A stretch of 62,447 bases of DNA, counting the filler, from Squatina squatina (Eukaryota): assembly GCA_031763465.1 (NCBI GenBank). It is 3 parts of 3 records of this genome, joined end to end, with 100 filler letters (N's around TTAATTAATTAA, not from the genome) between each part and the next. Parts side by side here need not be neighbours in the genome. Positions count along the whole stretch, not along the records: positions 40,539 to 62,447 come from JARFOE010000203.1; 2 more parts are not named here. One strand, written 5' to 3'. How positions within the stretch are numbered: the stretch's first letter is position 1; each line of letters begins with the position of its first letter. A program made the translations under genes and the position numbers. The notes below the pieces were generated by a model that searched no databases, was not told the origin of the DNA, and saw nothing but the letters and a program-made list of their open reading frames with translations. Below are positions 40,818 through 53,078 of the stretch, in pieces.

Positions 40818-41661
40818 GTAATTGAAGCAGGGGGAAGAGAAAAATAACCTGCTGAGCACCCTGATCTGAAATAAATAAGAGCAAACAAGTGTTCAGCCAA
40901 CACATGGAGAGTGTGTGAAGCTAATAAAGGGAGGCCATTGTGCTAATATGTGGTAGATAAATTATGGTGACAAATTAAGCGATCTTGGACACTTGAATGG
41001 TTCCCTGGGCATCAGCGACCCTGTGGTATTTTGCATAAGTGGCTATTTACAGGAACCTAGATAGGGANNNNNNNNNNNNNNNNNNNNNNNNNNNNNNNNN
41101 NNNNNNNNNNNNNNNNNNNNNNNNNNNNNNNNNNNNNNNNNNNNNNNNNNNNNNNNNNNNNNNNNNNTTTAACACAGACACTTGTACTTTATATTTTATC
41201 CGCAGCTGTGATTTACTTTTTGAGGAGGCTAAAGGGGGGGAAAATATAATAAAATGGAGGAGGGCGTAGTTTTGCCGTTTATAAAAAAAAGGCTCATCTT
41301 TCGCCTTCATCCAGCGTAGCGGATCGCTCACCTGCGATAGGATGGACTGCAACGGTTCAAGTAGAATGCTCACCATCACCTTCTCAAGGGCAACAAGGGA
41401 CGAGCATTCAATGGCGGCCTTGACAGAAACCCCCACATCCTGAAAGTGAACCTAAATGACAGTGAGCATAACTGGCTTTTCATCACCCCTACATTATCTG
41501 TGTTCTGAGCCAAATGCAATGCCGTGATGATGCTATCACTGGCTATAAAGTGGGGAATATTCAGATCCTAGGCTTGATTATTGCTGATCTTTATGAAAAT
41601 GTATGTAATAATTCAAGCATTTTTTTATAGCAATTGTTCACTTTTTGGTTTTCTTTTATAG

Positions 41662-41745
41662 GTTGAGTACCCTATCCCAGAACAATTCAAGACTGTCTGG
41701 AACGGGCAGAAACTGGTGACTACAGTAACAGAAATATCCTGTTAA
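41662..41745 (+). CDS. CAP1: CAP1 last coding exon
   Basis: [27 protein letters not shown] then TAA; recalled human CAP1 ends [24 protein letters not shown]. Confidence 0.92.
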   Translation, partial: [27 protein letters not shown]

Positions 41746-42892
41746 GTGTATGGATCCTGGGGGCGTTTACCTACAGGCATGGTCTTTGTCATTGCTAGTA
41801 ATGATGAGCCTGATTAATCAGTAAAAGCAACAAGCTAACTTTCTGCACATTCTACTCTTAAACTTGTCCTATCACTCCTCACGAGAGGTACTTAATCTGC
41901 TACAGCATATACCTCAAAAGTACTGGGATTACCCTTTCCAGTATAAAATGGCCTAAAGTAGCTGGATTAGAGCATGATGGCTGGTCTCTGAGATTCTAGC
42001 AGTATGAATATATATTCATGAATCTGAGAGTGTAGAACAGTGTTGAGATGGAAACAATTAGAGAGAGCTTCTTTGAGTATATTGCACCAAAATGCAATTT
42101 TACTAAGACTAACATTACTGAGCTCTTATTGGGGGTGGGTGAGGAGAGAGGCTTTTCTTCCTCCCTTTTCTCACCCTTAAAGAAATTATTTCTAAAATTT
42201 CCAGTGCATAGATACCATTCTAATCTTGATCTGTCATCGAGGCATAGGGGAGTTCTGATATGCAATTAAAATTTTGTCGTCTTAATTTCTTCCAGCTCGG
42301 TGCCTCTTGCTTTAAGTAATTAGGCTTTGGGGACTGCTCTGTGGAACAGCCGTTGCTTTTAGTTTTAAGTTATGGGTGAAACAGCTATTCACTGCACTGC
42401 TGGGATTGTTTTTATCCTTGAAACCATGTAGCCTTTTTTTACACTGATCAATGTGCACAATTGTAACAGATCCATGGTGAGAACTTCCTCAACAAACCAG
42501 ACCAAAAATTGTGGGTGAAAGGATCAGATCCTGAATTTCCTATTTTTGTGCAATTAGCTCCAATCTTGTGGATCTGGTTTTGAAAGTATGAAAACTGATT
42601 TAAAGTGTTATCAGTCTAATTTCGTACAGAACTTGGATGTGGGCAAATGATAGATTATTTTGTGGACTGTCTCTAAAGCATTCCATGCCTTCCAAACTCA
42701 AATGAGCATTCCTAGTGAAAATCTAATCATTTCTCACAATCTTAATCCATCTCGTGCTTTACTAGTGTGGCTTCACGAGTTGTACTTCTACAGCTTGCTT
42801 GGCCTGAATTTTATTTCTAGTGTAATGGTTGTAAGCTAAAGTTGAGACCCTGATGTGGTTTGTCCTCAGTTGTGGCTAAAATAATTAAAATA

Positions 42893-43145
42893 TTGGAACT
42901 TTGCTGTACCTTTACAAACACTGTTGGAACTGATATTCTTTTTTTAACTCTATTAGAACTGTGATATTCCTTTACGAACTCAATTGGAACTGTGATATTC
43001 CTTTACTAATATTATTGAAACTGTGATATTCCTTTACCATCACGATTAGACCAATGATATTCCTTTACTAACACATTTGCAATTGTGATATTGCTTTACT
43101 TAAACTATTGAAACTGTGATATTCCTTTACAAGCACTATTGGAAC
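42893..43145 (+). repeat. Minisatellite with about 31-bp unit (ggaactgtgatattcctttactaacactatt), about 8 copies
   Basis: Tandem degenerate repeats running into the gap. Confidence 0.9.
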
Positions 43146-43245
43146 NNNNNNNNNNNNNNNNNNNNNNNNNNNNNNNNNNNNNNNNNNNNNNNNNNNNNNN
43201 NNNNNNNNNNNNNNNNNNNNNNNNNNNNNNNNNNNNNNNNNNNNN

Positions 43246-43400
43246 CATATAGGGCTAAGTGAGCATGGGGGATGGGAGGAAGCTGAACAGATGATCTCAA
43301 CCTTGGTGAGAAAAAAGTCCATGAGCTCCTTGGTCTTGGTGAGGGTGAAGGCAGTGAAAGGTCTTTAGCGATGGGTAGTTGTGTAGAAATGAAGCCAGAT
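43246..43400 (-). mobile_element. L2-like LINE ORF2 fragment
   Basis: Minus strand ELMDFFLTKVEIICSAS resembles the L2 ORF2 linker region; recalled match only. Confidence 0.5.
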
Positions 43401-43664
43401 TACTGCTTGTGTGGATGGATTGATTGGGCCAAACAGCTTGTTTCCAATTTGTAATTTCTATGTCCAGGACACCGGTTGTGGATGGGGAGGGGGAGAGATA
43501 GTCTAACTAATGACTGTGTCTACTTGAGACCATTTGGTTAACTTCTTACAAGCAGTTATCATAAAAACGTGAAAACAAATTGATACAAAAACAATTGAAA
43601 TTAGAAAGCGATTGACATTTACAGAACTAAAATTCTAAACACAGCTTCAATTAACAATTACAAT

Positions 43665-44310
43665 GGGCTGTAATTTGCAGCTCCTATGGGCAAGTATGAG
43701 GTGTGCATACACGCCTGTCAGGGCCATGCAAGTTCTGGGCTTAGGGGTGCACTGCGCATGTGCAAAAATCCGGAAACTTGTGATCTGTCAAGAATTCTCT
43801 TGACCGATCTAATGCATCCCTGGGAAAAGGGCATTCATGGGCGGAGAGTTGGGCTATTTGCCCAGCTAATGCCCATGAAATTCTTACGACTAGTAAAAGC
43901 AAGCGTAAGGCCTGCTTTTACCAATGTAAGTTTTTAAAAATACAGAAAAATAAAATCTTATCAATTTATACATTTAAAAAAAATCTGTGAAATAAGGTAA
44001 GTTTATTTTTAGCCCATTTTAATTAAAGTGTAGAGGTATTTTTTTTGTGTATTCCCGTTCATACTTAATGGGGTTTCTGTACATACGGAATTCCCATAAG
44101 CATGAATGGGGATCCCTTTGTCATTCATTTCCCCACGTTGATCCCAGGGGTGCTTGTGACATACGTGGGCCTCTTCCCGCAGGTACCCGGAGAGCCGCCC
44201 CAGGACTGCAAATCTCCGTAGCTCCCACTGGACCATCAGGAACGTGGGCATTTTATTTGCAGATTTGAGGCATCTTCCCGCGAGAAGCCTCCAACCACAA
44301 ATTCAGGGTC
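43665..44310. mobile_element. Non-autonomous DNA transposon (MITE-like) in a PPT1 intron
   Basis: Imperfect inverted ends (gggctgtaatttg / caaattcagggtc) flanked by AAT on both sides; internal segment shared with 55020-55110. Confidence 0.55.
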
Positions 44311-44348
44311 AATAAGTTAGATGAAGAGTCCAGAGAATCCATTCTCAC

Positions 44349-44447
44349 CTCCGAAACAACTGGGTCAACCATGGAATCCTTCAAAAATTTCACCATTACA
44401 AACTTATTTAATTTCATCAGATTCTCCTTATAGCTTCCATTGATCCC
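44349..44447 (-). CDS. PPT1: Palmitoyl-protein thioesterase 1 exon
   Basis: AG/GT bounded, 99 nt; [33 protein letters not shown]. Confidence 0.95.
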
Positions 44448-44798
44448 CTGTAACAAAAGTAGAGACAGTAATTGTTTCATTCCCACTCAAAAGATATAGT
44501 ATTTAAAACCCAGGCTTAAATATCATTTGATTGCTGCTTCCCTCTGCACACGTTGAAACCTGGCTGCTACATTAATACTTTGAGCAAACCTATTCCATTA
44601 AATGACAAATAGCTAAAGTGGCAACCTCTGATGCAAATACAGGAATGTAGCAAAATTACATTTCTGAAAGATGATGACGTTTGGGGTGATGGTAGCACAG
44701 CTGGCTGGATTCCTAATGCTGTGCTGAAATTTGATGGATGCAGTTTGCAACCCATTTCCCATCCAAGTTAAAGTCACTAAGTAACATTGAGTACGCAC

Positions 44799-44889
44799 CC
44801 TTTCTTGATTAATGTCTGCCAAGAAAATGCTTTTGTTCCTGTACAGGTCTTCATTCAAGGGATCATGCCAGTACTCTGCCTGCACCAAG
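44799..44889 (-). CDS. PPT1: PPT1 exon
   Basis: AG/GT bounded, 91 nt; [30 protein letters not shown]. Confidence 0.95.
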
Positions 44890-45735
44890 CTAGCAAGAAA
44901 ACAATTGTAAGTAAACAGAATTAATTGATAGTCTTAAACAATTACAGAAATGACTATTCACACATTCGCCATACCCTTTATGGTTACTTTGGGATAAGTA
45001 GGGTGAGGAGGTTTGCCATGGAGTAATAGTGGGGAAAGGACCTAACACTCAATTATATTGAAAACACTAGAGGGAACAAGGAGGGATGGTGTACCACATT
45101 TTTAGTTACTGAAGTGGTAGATGACTGACCTGGGTGGCTCTGTGCTGTGGACTGGGTGAAAAGCAAACTGAAGAGATTCAAAATGGGAATGATGGTTGAA
45201 GTGAGCACTTTGTAAATATCCAATTTTGATGATTGAATTTACAAAGTTCAGCAAGAGGCACATTATTGAGTCACTGTAGCTTTCCATTTGTTGCTCTGGA
45301 TAATTGCCCCATCCCATTTAATAAAATGGGCTCATGCACTGCAAATGATTGTCTNNNNNNNNNNACAAAGAAAGTCCTGGGCAAAATGGAATTGAAAAAG
45401 TAGACCATTTGTTTGTTTGTTAAAGAAAACAAACTGACAGCAAGCCCTGCTCAAACATCTCAAATGTTTTCTTCAATATGGATTTTTTTCATGTTTTACA
45501 TGTAAACAGGCTGTTTGGCCCAGCCAGTCTATATTGGTGCTTGTTCTCCACATAAGCAGAATTCAAAATCCCATGTTCCCACCCTGTCCCCATACCACTT
45601 TATTCACTTTCCCTTCAACCACCTATGTAACCCATNNNNNNNNNNNNNNNNNNNNNNNNNNNNNNNNNNNNNNNNNNNNNNNNNNNNNNNNNNNNNNNNN
45701 NNNNNNNNNNNNNNNNNNNNNNNNNNNNNNNNNNN

Positions 45736-47065
45736 AGGAAAGGTGGGAGCAATGGTACATTCACCTGCATCCTGATGCGGTATCATTCCAACCCCCTCTG
45801 CCTTCTCAAGCCTACTCCAGCACATCATTCCTCGCAGCAACTTACCTTGCAGGTATAGCCATCTCTCTCTGTCTATGGACTTCCTCACATCCCCATCTGT
45901 CTATCCACAACTGACACTCACCCTTATTCTTCTGAAATGTCATGCCTCTCCCTTATAGTCACCCTCATCAAATGATCTCCATTCACCCATTCAACACATG
46001 CCATAGCTCTCACTCATAAGTCTCTTCTTTCCCTCCTTACAGGGAAAGAGAGCACAGGATACCTGGGAGAGACAGAGAACCAGAGGTGGGCCTCCACAGA
46101 TCTCACAGCTAATAACTGTAGAGGAGGAAGCACTGGAAATCAGTGGAGGCGGCATGCTTAACAATCGGAGATGATGAGCTGGGAGCCTTCCAGCTACCTG
46201 GTGACAGAATTAAATCAGACAGCCACATGGTGTCCAACACTCACTCATGTTGTCTTCATGTCGACAGTGAGTGAAATATGATCTTGTGCATAATGATAAT
46301 GCCAACTTTTCTTACCTTGACAGTACTTATCCATGTGTTTTATCTTCCACACAGTGTTCCCACAGGATGTAATCCAGCTGGTCACTACCGACTCTTCAGA
46401 GGTCAATACCTCTGAGGGTGCACCATCACAGGGCTCATGCAAATCATGCACCAGCTCAGATACTTACACTTTTGATGGGGCCAGTAAGGCAGATAGTTGG
46501 GTTTTTTACCTCGTGACTCATACACCACAAGTGAGAAAGAACAGATGGTGCAGAAAGGGACAGCAGTGAAGAGTCCGCGTCAGCTCTGTCAGCTGGATAT
46601 AGATGCTGTACTCTGGGGGCTGTCGACAAACAGGATACTTCTGGAGCAGCAGCAGAAAATGTGCAATGTACCAGCAGGCATTCCGGCAACAGCATGCATG
46701 CTCGCAGAGAGATTGGAGGAGACCGTGTCAAAGACGAGTGGCATGATGTTGCAGTCCATGGAAAAGTGGCCACAGGCATAGAGCAACCAATACGACTATC
46801 ACACGGGTGCATGCAGGCATTCACTAATGGCATACATTCTTAATGCCACCTTAAATAGGGTGACTGATACCCTAGCCCTAGCCTTGGCCATTCATTGCCA
46901 CACTGATGTGCAGCAAGAGTGTTCTCCAGCTCATTGTGAGCGGGGAAGTTTAGCTGGGCCACGAGAGGGATAATGGTGAAAGGGGACATGGAAGTGAGGA
47001 CTCGGCTCAAAGTGCTTCCACTTCTCACCCGTTGCCCCTCAGACACTTGGCATCCTTCGTAGACC
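45736..47065 (+). mobile_element. Degenerate Harbinger Myb/SANT-like accessory gene relic
   Basis: After ttacag at 46041: KRAQDTWERQRTRGGPPQISQLITVEEEALEISG, a decayed RxxTGGG motif; downstream relic exons carry stops. Confidence 0.6.
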
Positions 47066-47166
47066 ANNNNNNNNNNNNNNNNNNNNNNNNNNNNNNNNNN
47101 NNNNNNNNNNNNNNNNNNNNNNNNNNNNNNNNNNNNNNNNNNNNNNNNNNNNNNNNNNNNNNNNNN

Positions 47167-47330
<164 letters not shown>

Positions 47331-47478
47331 TAGTATAGGTGTGATTGCTGGTTCTGTTATTCAGTGTGTTGTGGGGACTTTAATATAAAGTGGGGATGAA
47401 ACTGGGATTGGCAAGTCTGTTTTAACCTATAATGTTAAATTAAGTGAGTTTGCACAGGATGCAGTTCTCTTGGAATGA

Positions 47479-48191
<713 letters not shown>

Positions 48192-49479
48192 NNNNNNNNN
48201 NNNNNNNNNNNNNNNNNNNNNNNNNNNNNNNNNNNNNNNNNNNNNNNNNNNNNNNNNNNNNNNNNNNNNNNNNNNNNNNNNNNNNNNNNNNTGGCAAGGC
48301 CAGCATTTATTGCCCATCCCTAGTTGCCCTCGAGAAGGTGGTGGTGAGGCACCTTCATTCTCCCCCCGCCCTCCCTTTCTATTTGTAATGTCTTTTTATC
48401 CTTTTTGATCTTTTCTTCTAATGTCATGTCCACCTTGTTAATCTCCCTGGTAAAATCTGTGGCAAACTAACACAACTTGTTCTGCACATGAACAGAAATT
48501 ACGAGTATTTTAAGCTGTAATTACAGGGCTGATGTTAGTCAAACTGGTCCAGCTTCAACTGTAGTCAGTTGCATCATGTGAACCTCCTGCTTACATTACA
48601 CTCAGTCCTGGAATTGCTACCTCTGGATTTTGTGATATCGTATGTTATGTGGTCAGTGGCACCTGCAATTTGCTCCACCACCCCACCCCCACCCCCAATC
48701 AGCAGCAACTCCAAGAAGGCTGTTCAATTCCTAGTATTGTGTACAGATAGCAGAGTCAGAAAGCGCCATCTGGAAACCAGCGTTGGAAAATTACAAGTCT
48801 TGCTAACTATCCTTCTCTCCAGTAAACACTGACTCATTCAAAGGTATCATTCCACTGGCAGCACCAGCCTTCCAACACGAGTGTAGACAGTGAACATGAG
48901 CAGAATATCTAGCAGTGAAGACTACCACAGTCACGCCAGATCCTGTACTCTCCGGATTGTACATATGCAGTATTTCCAGCAGCGGTCACTGATAGCAAAC
49001 AGGCACCTGAACCCTGGTTGATTTTTCACCTCTCTAGTTCAAGTGCAGAACGAACGCAGTTAAGGGGGAAAGCATATGGTACAGATAAAGCAAACCCAGT
49101 ACTTCAAAAGCTATGGAAGCACGACCAAGGGACAGTAAATTAAATTAGCAAAAAACAAAATAACATAAGAACACCTTTGCTGAAAGACGGATAAATTTCT
49201 GGAATAATCCTGTAGTTTGAATTACTGTGATGAGACAATTGGGCTACTAGAGGGAAGAGCTTCGATAAGCTGAGTGGTTATTTCTCACCCCCAAATTTGC
49301 TCCTGCAATGCTGCCCCAGCTAAGATCAGCTATCGCAGCACTGACTAGGAACTGAAACTGGGACTTTCCTCAGTTTAACAGAGTTGGGTACTTACCCGTC
49401 AAGCCATCAGGGGGAGCCTGTGTTGTGTTTGTAATATGATTTCTTTTGAGATCTAAAATTGTGATCTACTTCCTTCTAG

Positions 49480-49776
49480 GCTGACTGTGCTGTGCTGATC
49501 GTTGCTGCTGGTGTGGGTGAGTTTGAAGCCGGTATCTCAAAGAATGGACAAACGAGAGAGCATGCTCTGCTTGCCTACACGCTGGGTGTCAAGCAACTCA
49601 TTATTGGTATCAACAAGATGGACTCCACTGAGCCACCATACAGCGAGACACGATATTTGGAAATCATGAAGGAAGTCACCACGTACATCAAGAAGATAGG
49701 CTACAACCCAGGGTCTGTAGCTTTCGTCCCCATCTCTGGTTGGAATGGTGACAATATGCTGGAAGACAGCGACAAT
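49480..49776 (+). CDS. eEF1A paralog exon
   Basis: 297 nt; [28 protein letters not shown]...NKMD...[14 protein letters not shown]. Confidence 0.97.
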
Positions 49777-49999
49777 GTAAGTGGTGCTGCAGTGTCATGC
49801 ATAAGATCTACTGAGTACAGTCAGCATTGGTAGATGTTCCATGCTGTTGTATGACTAGTTTGTAGGTTTTGAATGGAGATGTTCTTTGTTTTGAAGACTC
49901 GATAAATGAAGTTGAGATTTATTTTCCTGAAATTGGAATGTTTAGTTCTGAGTGCCTCCTGCAAGTACTCCTAATTTTGTTTGTTTTTTAAATAAACAG

Positions 50000-50150
50000 A
50001 TGAACTGGTTCAAAGGATGGAGGATCATCAGGAAAGGTGAAAGCTGCTCTGGTAGTACCCTGCTGCAGGCCCTGGACAGCATTCAGCCTCCAGAGCGCCC
50101 AGTCAAGAAACCCCTTCGTCTCCCCTTACAGGATGTCTACAAGATTGGTG
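50000..50150 (+). CDS. eEF1A paralog exon
   Basis: 151 nt; [50 protein letters not shown]. Confidence 0.97.
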
Positions 50151-50383
50151 GTAAGTTTTTGTTCCTTCTCGTATAACACGTGTGTATAAAATTATATTTG
50201 TGTACATCTATTTGCATTATAAATATGGGCATAGGAATTTAGAATAGCTGCTTGTGAAAGCTTCATGCTGCAATTGCTCCCCTGGATAGAGGGTCAACAC
50301 GAGAGGGTGTAATTAGTGTGTTTACAGAGCCAGGTGCCAGTATAAATGCTGTAAAATGCATTTATTCTGGAAATACAAGGGGA

Positions 50384-50554
50384 TTTGTGCTGCATATCCT
50401 AGTCCAATTATACCTCCTCTAACCCCACTTTACCTGAAGCCTACACTGGGTCTTAGACTTGCTATATGCAGTGCCACAAGACAGGCCTACTGTGTGCTTG
50501 TTTTTTTTCCCACTATCTGGGTGAATGTGATGCTGGGATTGTGACGAGACAAAT
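50384..50554 (+). ncRNA. Candidate intronic H/ACA-type RNA
   Basis: Hairpin, ACAAGA (ANANNA), second hairpin, ACA plus 3 nt, ending about 60 nt upstream of the acceptor; folded by eye only. Confidence 0.25.
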
Positions 50555-50612
50555 GGTTATTTTGCAGATGCCATTTGGGCTGTGTGAAGATTTTTTTTAA
50601 TGTAAATTGCAG

Positions 50613-50869
50613 GTATTGGTACAGTGCCAGTAGGTCGTGTTGAGACTGGTATTCTGAAACCTGGTATGCTGGTGCAGTTTGCTCCTATTCAGCTCATCAC
50701 TGAAGTGAAATCTGTGGAAATGCACCACGAAGCCCTTTCAGAAGCCTTTCCTGGTGACAACGTTGGTTTCAACGTGAAGAACATTGCTGTTAAGGATATC
50801 CATCGTGGAAATGTTGCTGGTGACAACAAAAATGATCCTCCAATGGAAGCTTCTTCCTTTGTTGCACAG
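50613..50869 (+). CDS. eEF1A paralog exon
   Basis: 257 nt; [13 protein letters not shown]...[22 protein letters not shown]...MEASSFVAQ. Confidence 0.97.
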
Positions 50870-51152
50870 GTGGGNNNNNNNNNNNNNNNNNNNNNNNNNN
50901 NNNNNNNNNNNNNNNNNNNNNNNNNNNNNNNNNNNNNNNNNNNNNNNNNNNNNNNNNNNNNNNNNNNNNNNNNNNNNNNNNNNNNNNAAAGAGGAAGACA
51001 GGGCCTGAACGAACACGTTGCCTTGAGCCATTTATGAAGGTCAGTTCACAGGGACAAGACTAAAGGGACTTGGGATCGAGGTACTGCTCCTGTCCAAAAG
51101 AAATTGGATGTTTTTAATTGATTCAGCATATCATGGTTCTGTATGATTTCAG

Positions 51153-51387
51153 GTTATTATCTTGAACCACCCTGGACAAATCAATGCTGGCTATGCCCCA
51201 GTACTTGATTGTCATACTGCCCACATTGCCTGCAAGTTTTATGAGCTGAAGGAGAAGATTGATCGTCGTTCTGGCAAGAAGTTAGAGGATTGTCCCAAAT
51301 TTGTGAAGTCTGGAGACGCGGCCATCATAGAGATGGTCCCAAACAAGCCCATGTGTGTGGAGAGCTTCTCTGAATATGCTCCTCTTG
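51153..51387 (+). CDS. eEF1A paralog exon
   Basis: 235 nt; [29 protein letters not shown]...[14 protein letters not shown]. Confidence 0.97.
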
Positions 51388-51710
51388 GTATGTTCTCCTT
51401 TCAAATGGCTGTTGGCTAGAACCAGTGCTATATGGTATGATCTGGGATTTTTTTTTCATTTGGGCACGTTCAGTCCATAATTCATTATGTGCCTGCATTG
51501 ATGCATGCAGTAGCTAAACAGATAACTGGGTTGTGGATTCATTGTGCTTTCTCATAAAACTTGACTGTAAAACCAAGCACAATTCTGCTACCTAGTTTGT
51601 ACTTCTGCAGGAATATGTAGGTAGTATAAAAGGGGTTGGCTATAAATCTGGGATGATGGCTTTTAATACAAACTTCTTATAAAGAGGACTGACTTTCTTT
51701 TCCCTCCCAG

Positions 51711-51829
51711 GTCGTTTTGCTGTCCGTGACATGAGACAAACTGTGGCCGTAGGAGTGATCAAGAGTGTTTGTAAGAAGGACGTTGTTGCTAAAGCTACCA
51801 AGGCTGCATACAAAATAATGCAGAAGTGA
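51711..51829 (+). CDS. eEF1A paralog last coding exon
   Basis: [39 protein letters not shown] then TGA. Confidence 0.96.
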
Positions 51830-52081
51830 ATATCACCACTGGCCACTAGGATTCAGCAGGCCCTGTTGAGACTGACACCACCAAAATGTTTATTCATTAC
51901 CAGCCAAATATGTGTATTGATGAGGGACTGGATATTGATTAAAATTCATCGAAAGAAATTCAGGAGGAAATGATAAGGAACAGTGGAATCTAAATGTAGA
52001 TTCCATGTCTATCAATGTAATTGTAAATGTCCTTTTCACTTTTAATGAGGAACTGTTTTGGTTGTGTAATGATTTAAAACT

Positions 52082-52087
52082 AATAAA
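52082..52087 (+). terminator. Probable polyadenylation signal of the eEF1A paralog
   Basis: AATAAA about 250 nt after the stop codon. Confidence 0.6.
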
Positions 52088-53078
52088 TATCCAAAACTCA
52101 TCGAGCTTCACTTTTTGAAGAATTGACATGGGACAACAGGGTCTACCAGCCGGTGAATTGAAGTATATGCTGTGCCTGCCTAGCCATACATACAACGAAT
52201 GTTACAGAGAAGAGTTAGAAACATTGTTGCTTGTACAGAGCTGATTTTTTTTTTTAGACTGATACAGGGTTGTGGGTTCAAGACGCATCCCATAGTTTGT
52301 GTCTTGTGCAGTATGGTGGGTGCTTTTTCTGCAGTTGCAGGTTCTGACTAATCATTTTGGTCTGTGTGACTGCAGTGGGTGTTCTTATTCTCCTCCTAGG
52401 TCTCCTTGGTTCTTTTGACATTGGCATCTCTTTTGTCTAGTTTGGGCTCATTTGTGCCTCTTCAACTTCCTGAGGCCAGCAATTTCACCTGCTTGCTTCA
52501 AATTTATGAGGGGTCTANNNNNNNNNNNNNNNNNNNNNNNNNNNNNNNNNNNNNNNNNNNNNNNNNNNNNNNNNNNNNNNNNNNNNNNNNNNNNNNNNNN
52601 NNNNNNNNNNNNNNNNNTCAGCCCCATTACACTTTTCACCATTGTTGCATGTACTTTCCAGAACTCCTATGTTGCGATCAGGCTTTCCTTGCATAGCAGA
52701 ACACCATATTTTTGTTGTAATATACCAGCATTTCCTAGTTATTTTCAATTTATTTTCATTGTAAATAGCAAACACACTGAAAAAACTATGGAAAAATATG
52801 TTTGGCAATGAGCTGCTTTCTGCTTTTATTTTGGTTTGTTCCCCCGGTGTGCATAGAGGGAAAAAAAACAAGATTGTAATGTAATATTTCGAGCTACAGG
52901 TTTCCCAGGTTATGCTCAATTTTTACTTGTCGATTTTTCAATGCCCTTCCCTCTAGATTATCAGCATTCTTTTTGTTTTATTTTCTGTACCTATAGTGAA
53001 GTCAATTTTCCTATAATTTCTCATAGATATGGATATGCTAGATTTATTCTCTTTCTTTTGTTCTATTTTTTCCCCCAG

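Noticed and set aside
42893-43145. CRISPR-like array (constant aactgtgatattcctttac plus short variable segments)
   Set aside because: Variable parts are only about 11 nt and resemble each other, there are no cas genes, and the context is a vertebrate genome; it is a minisatellite
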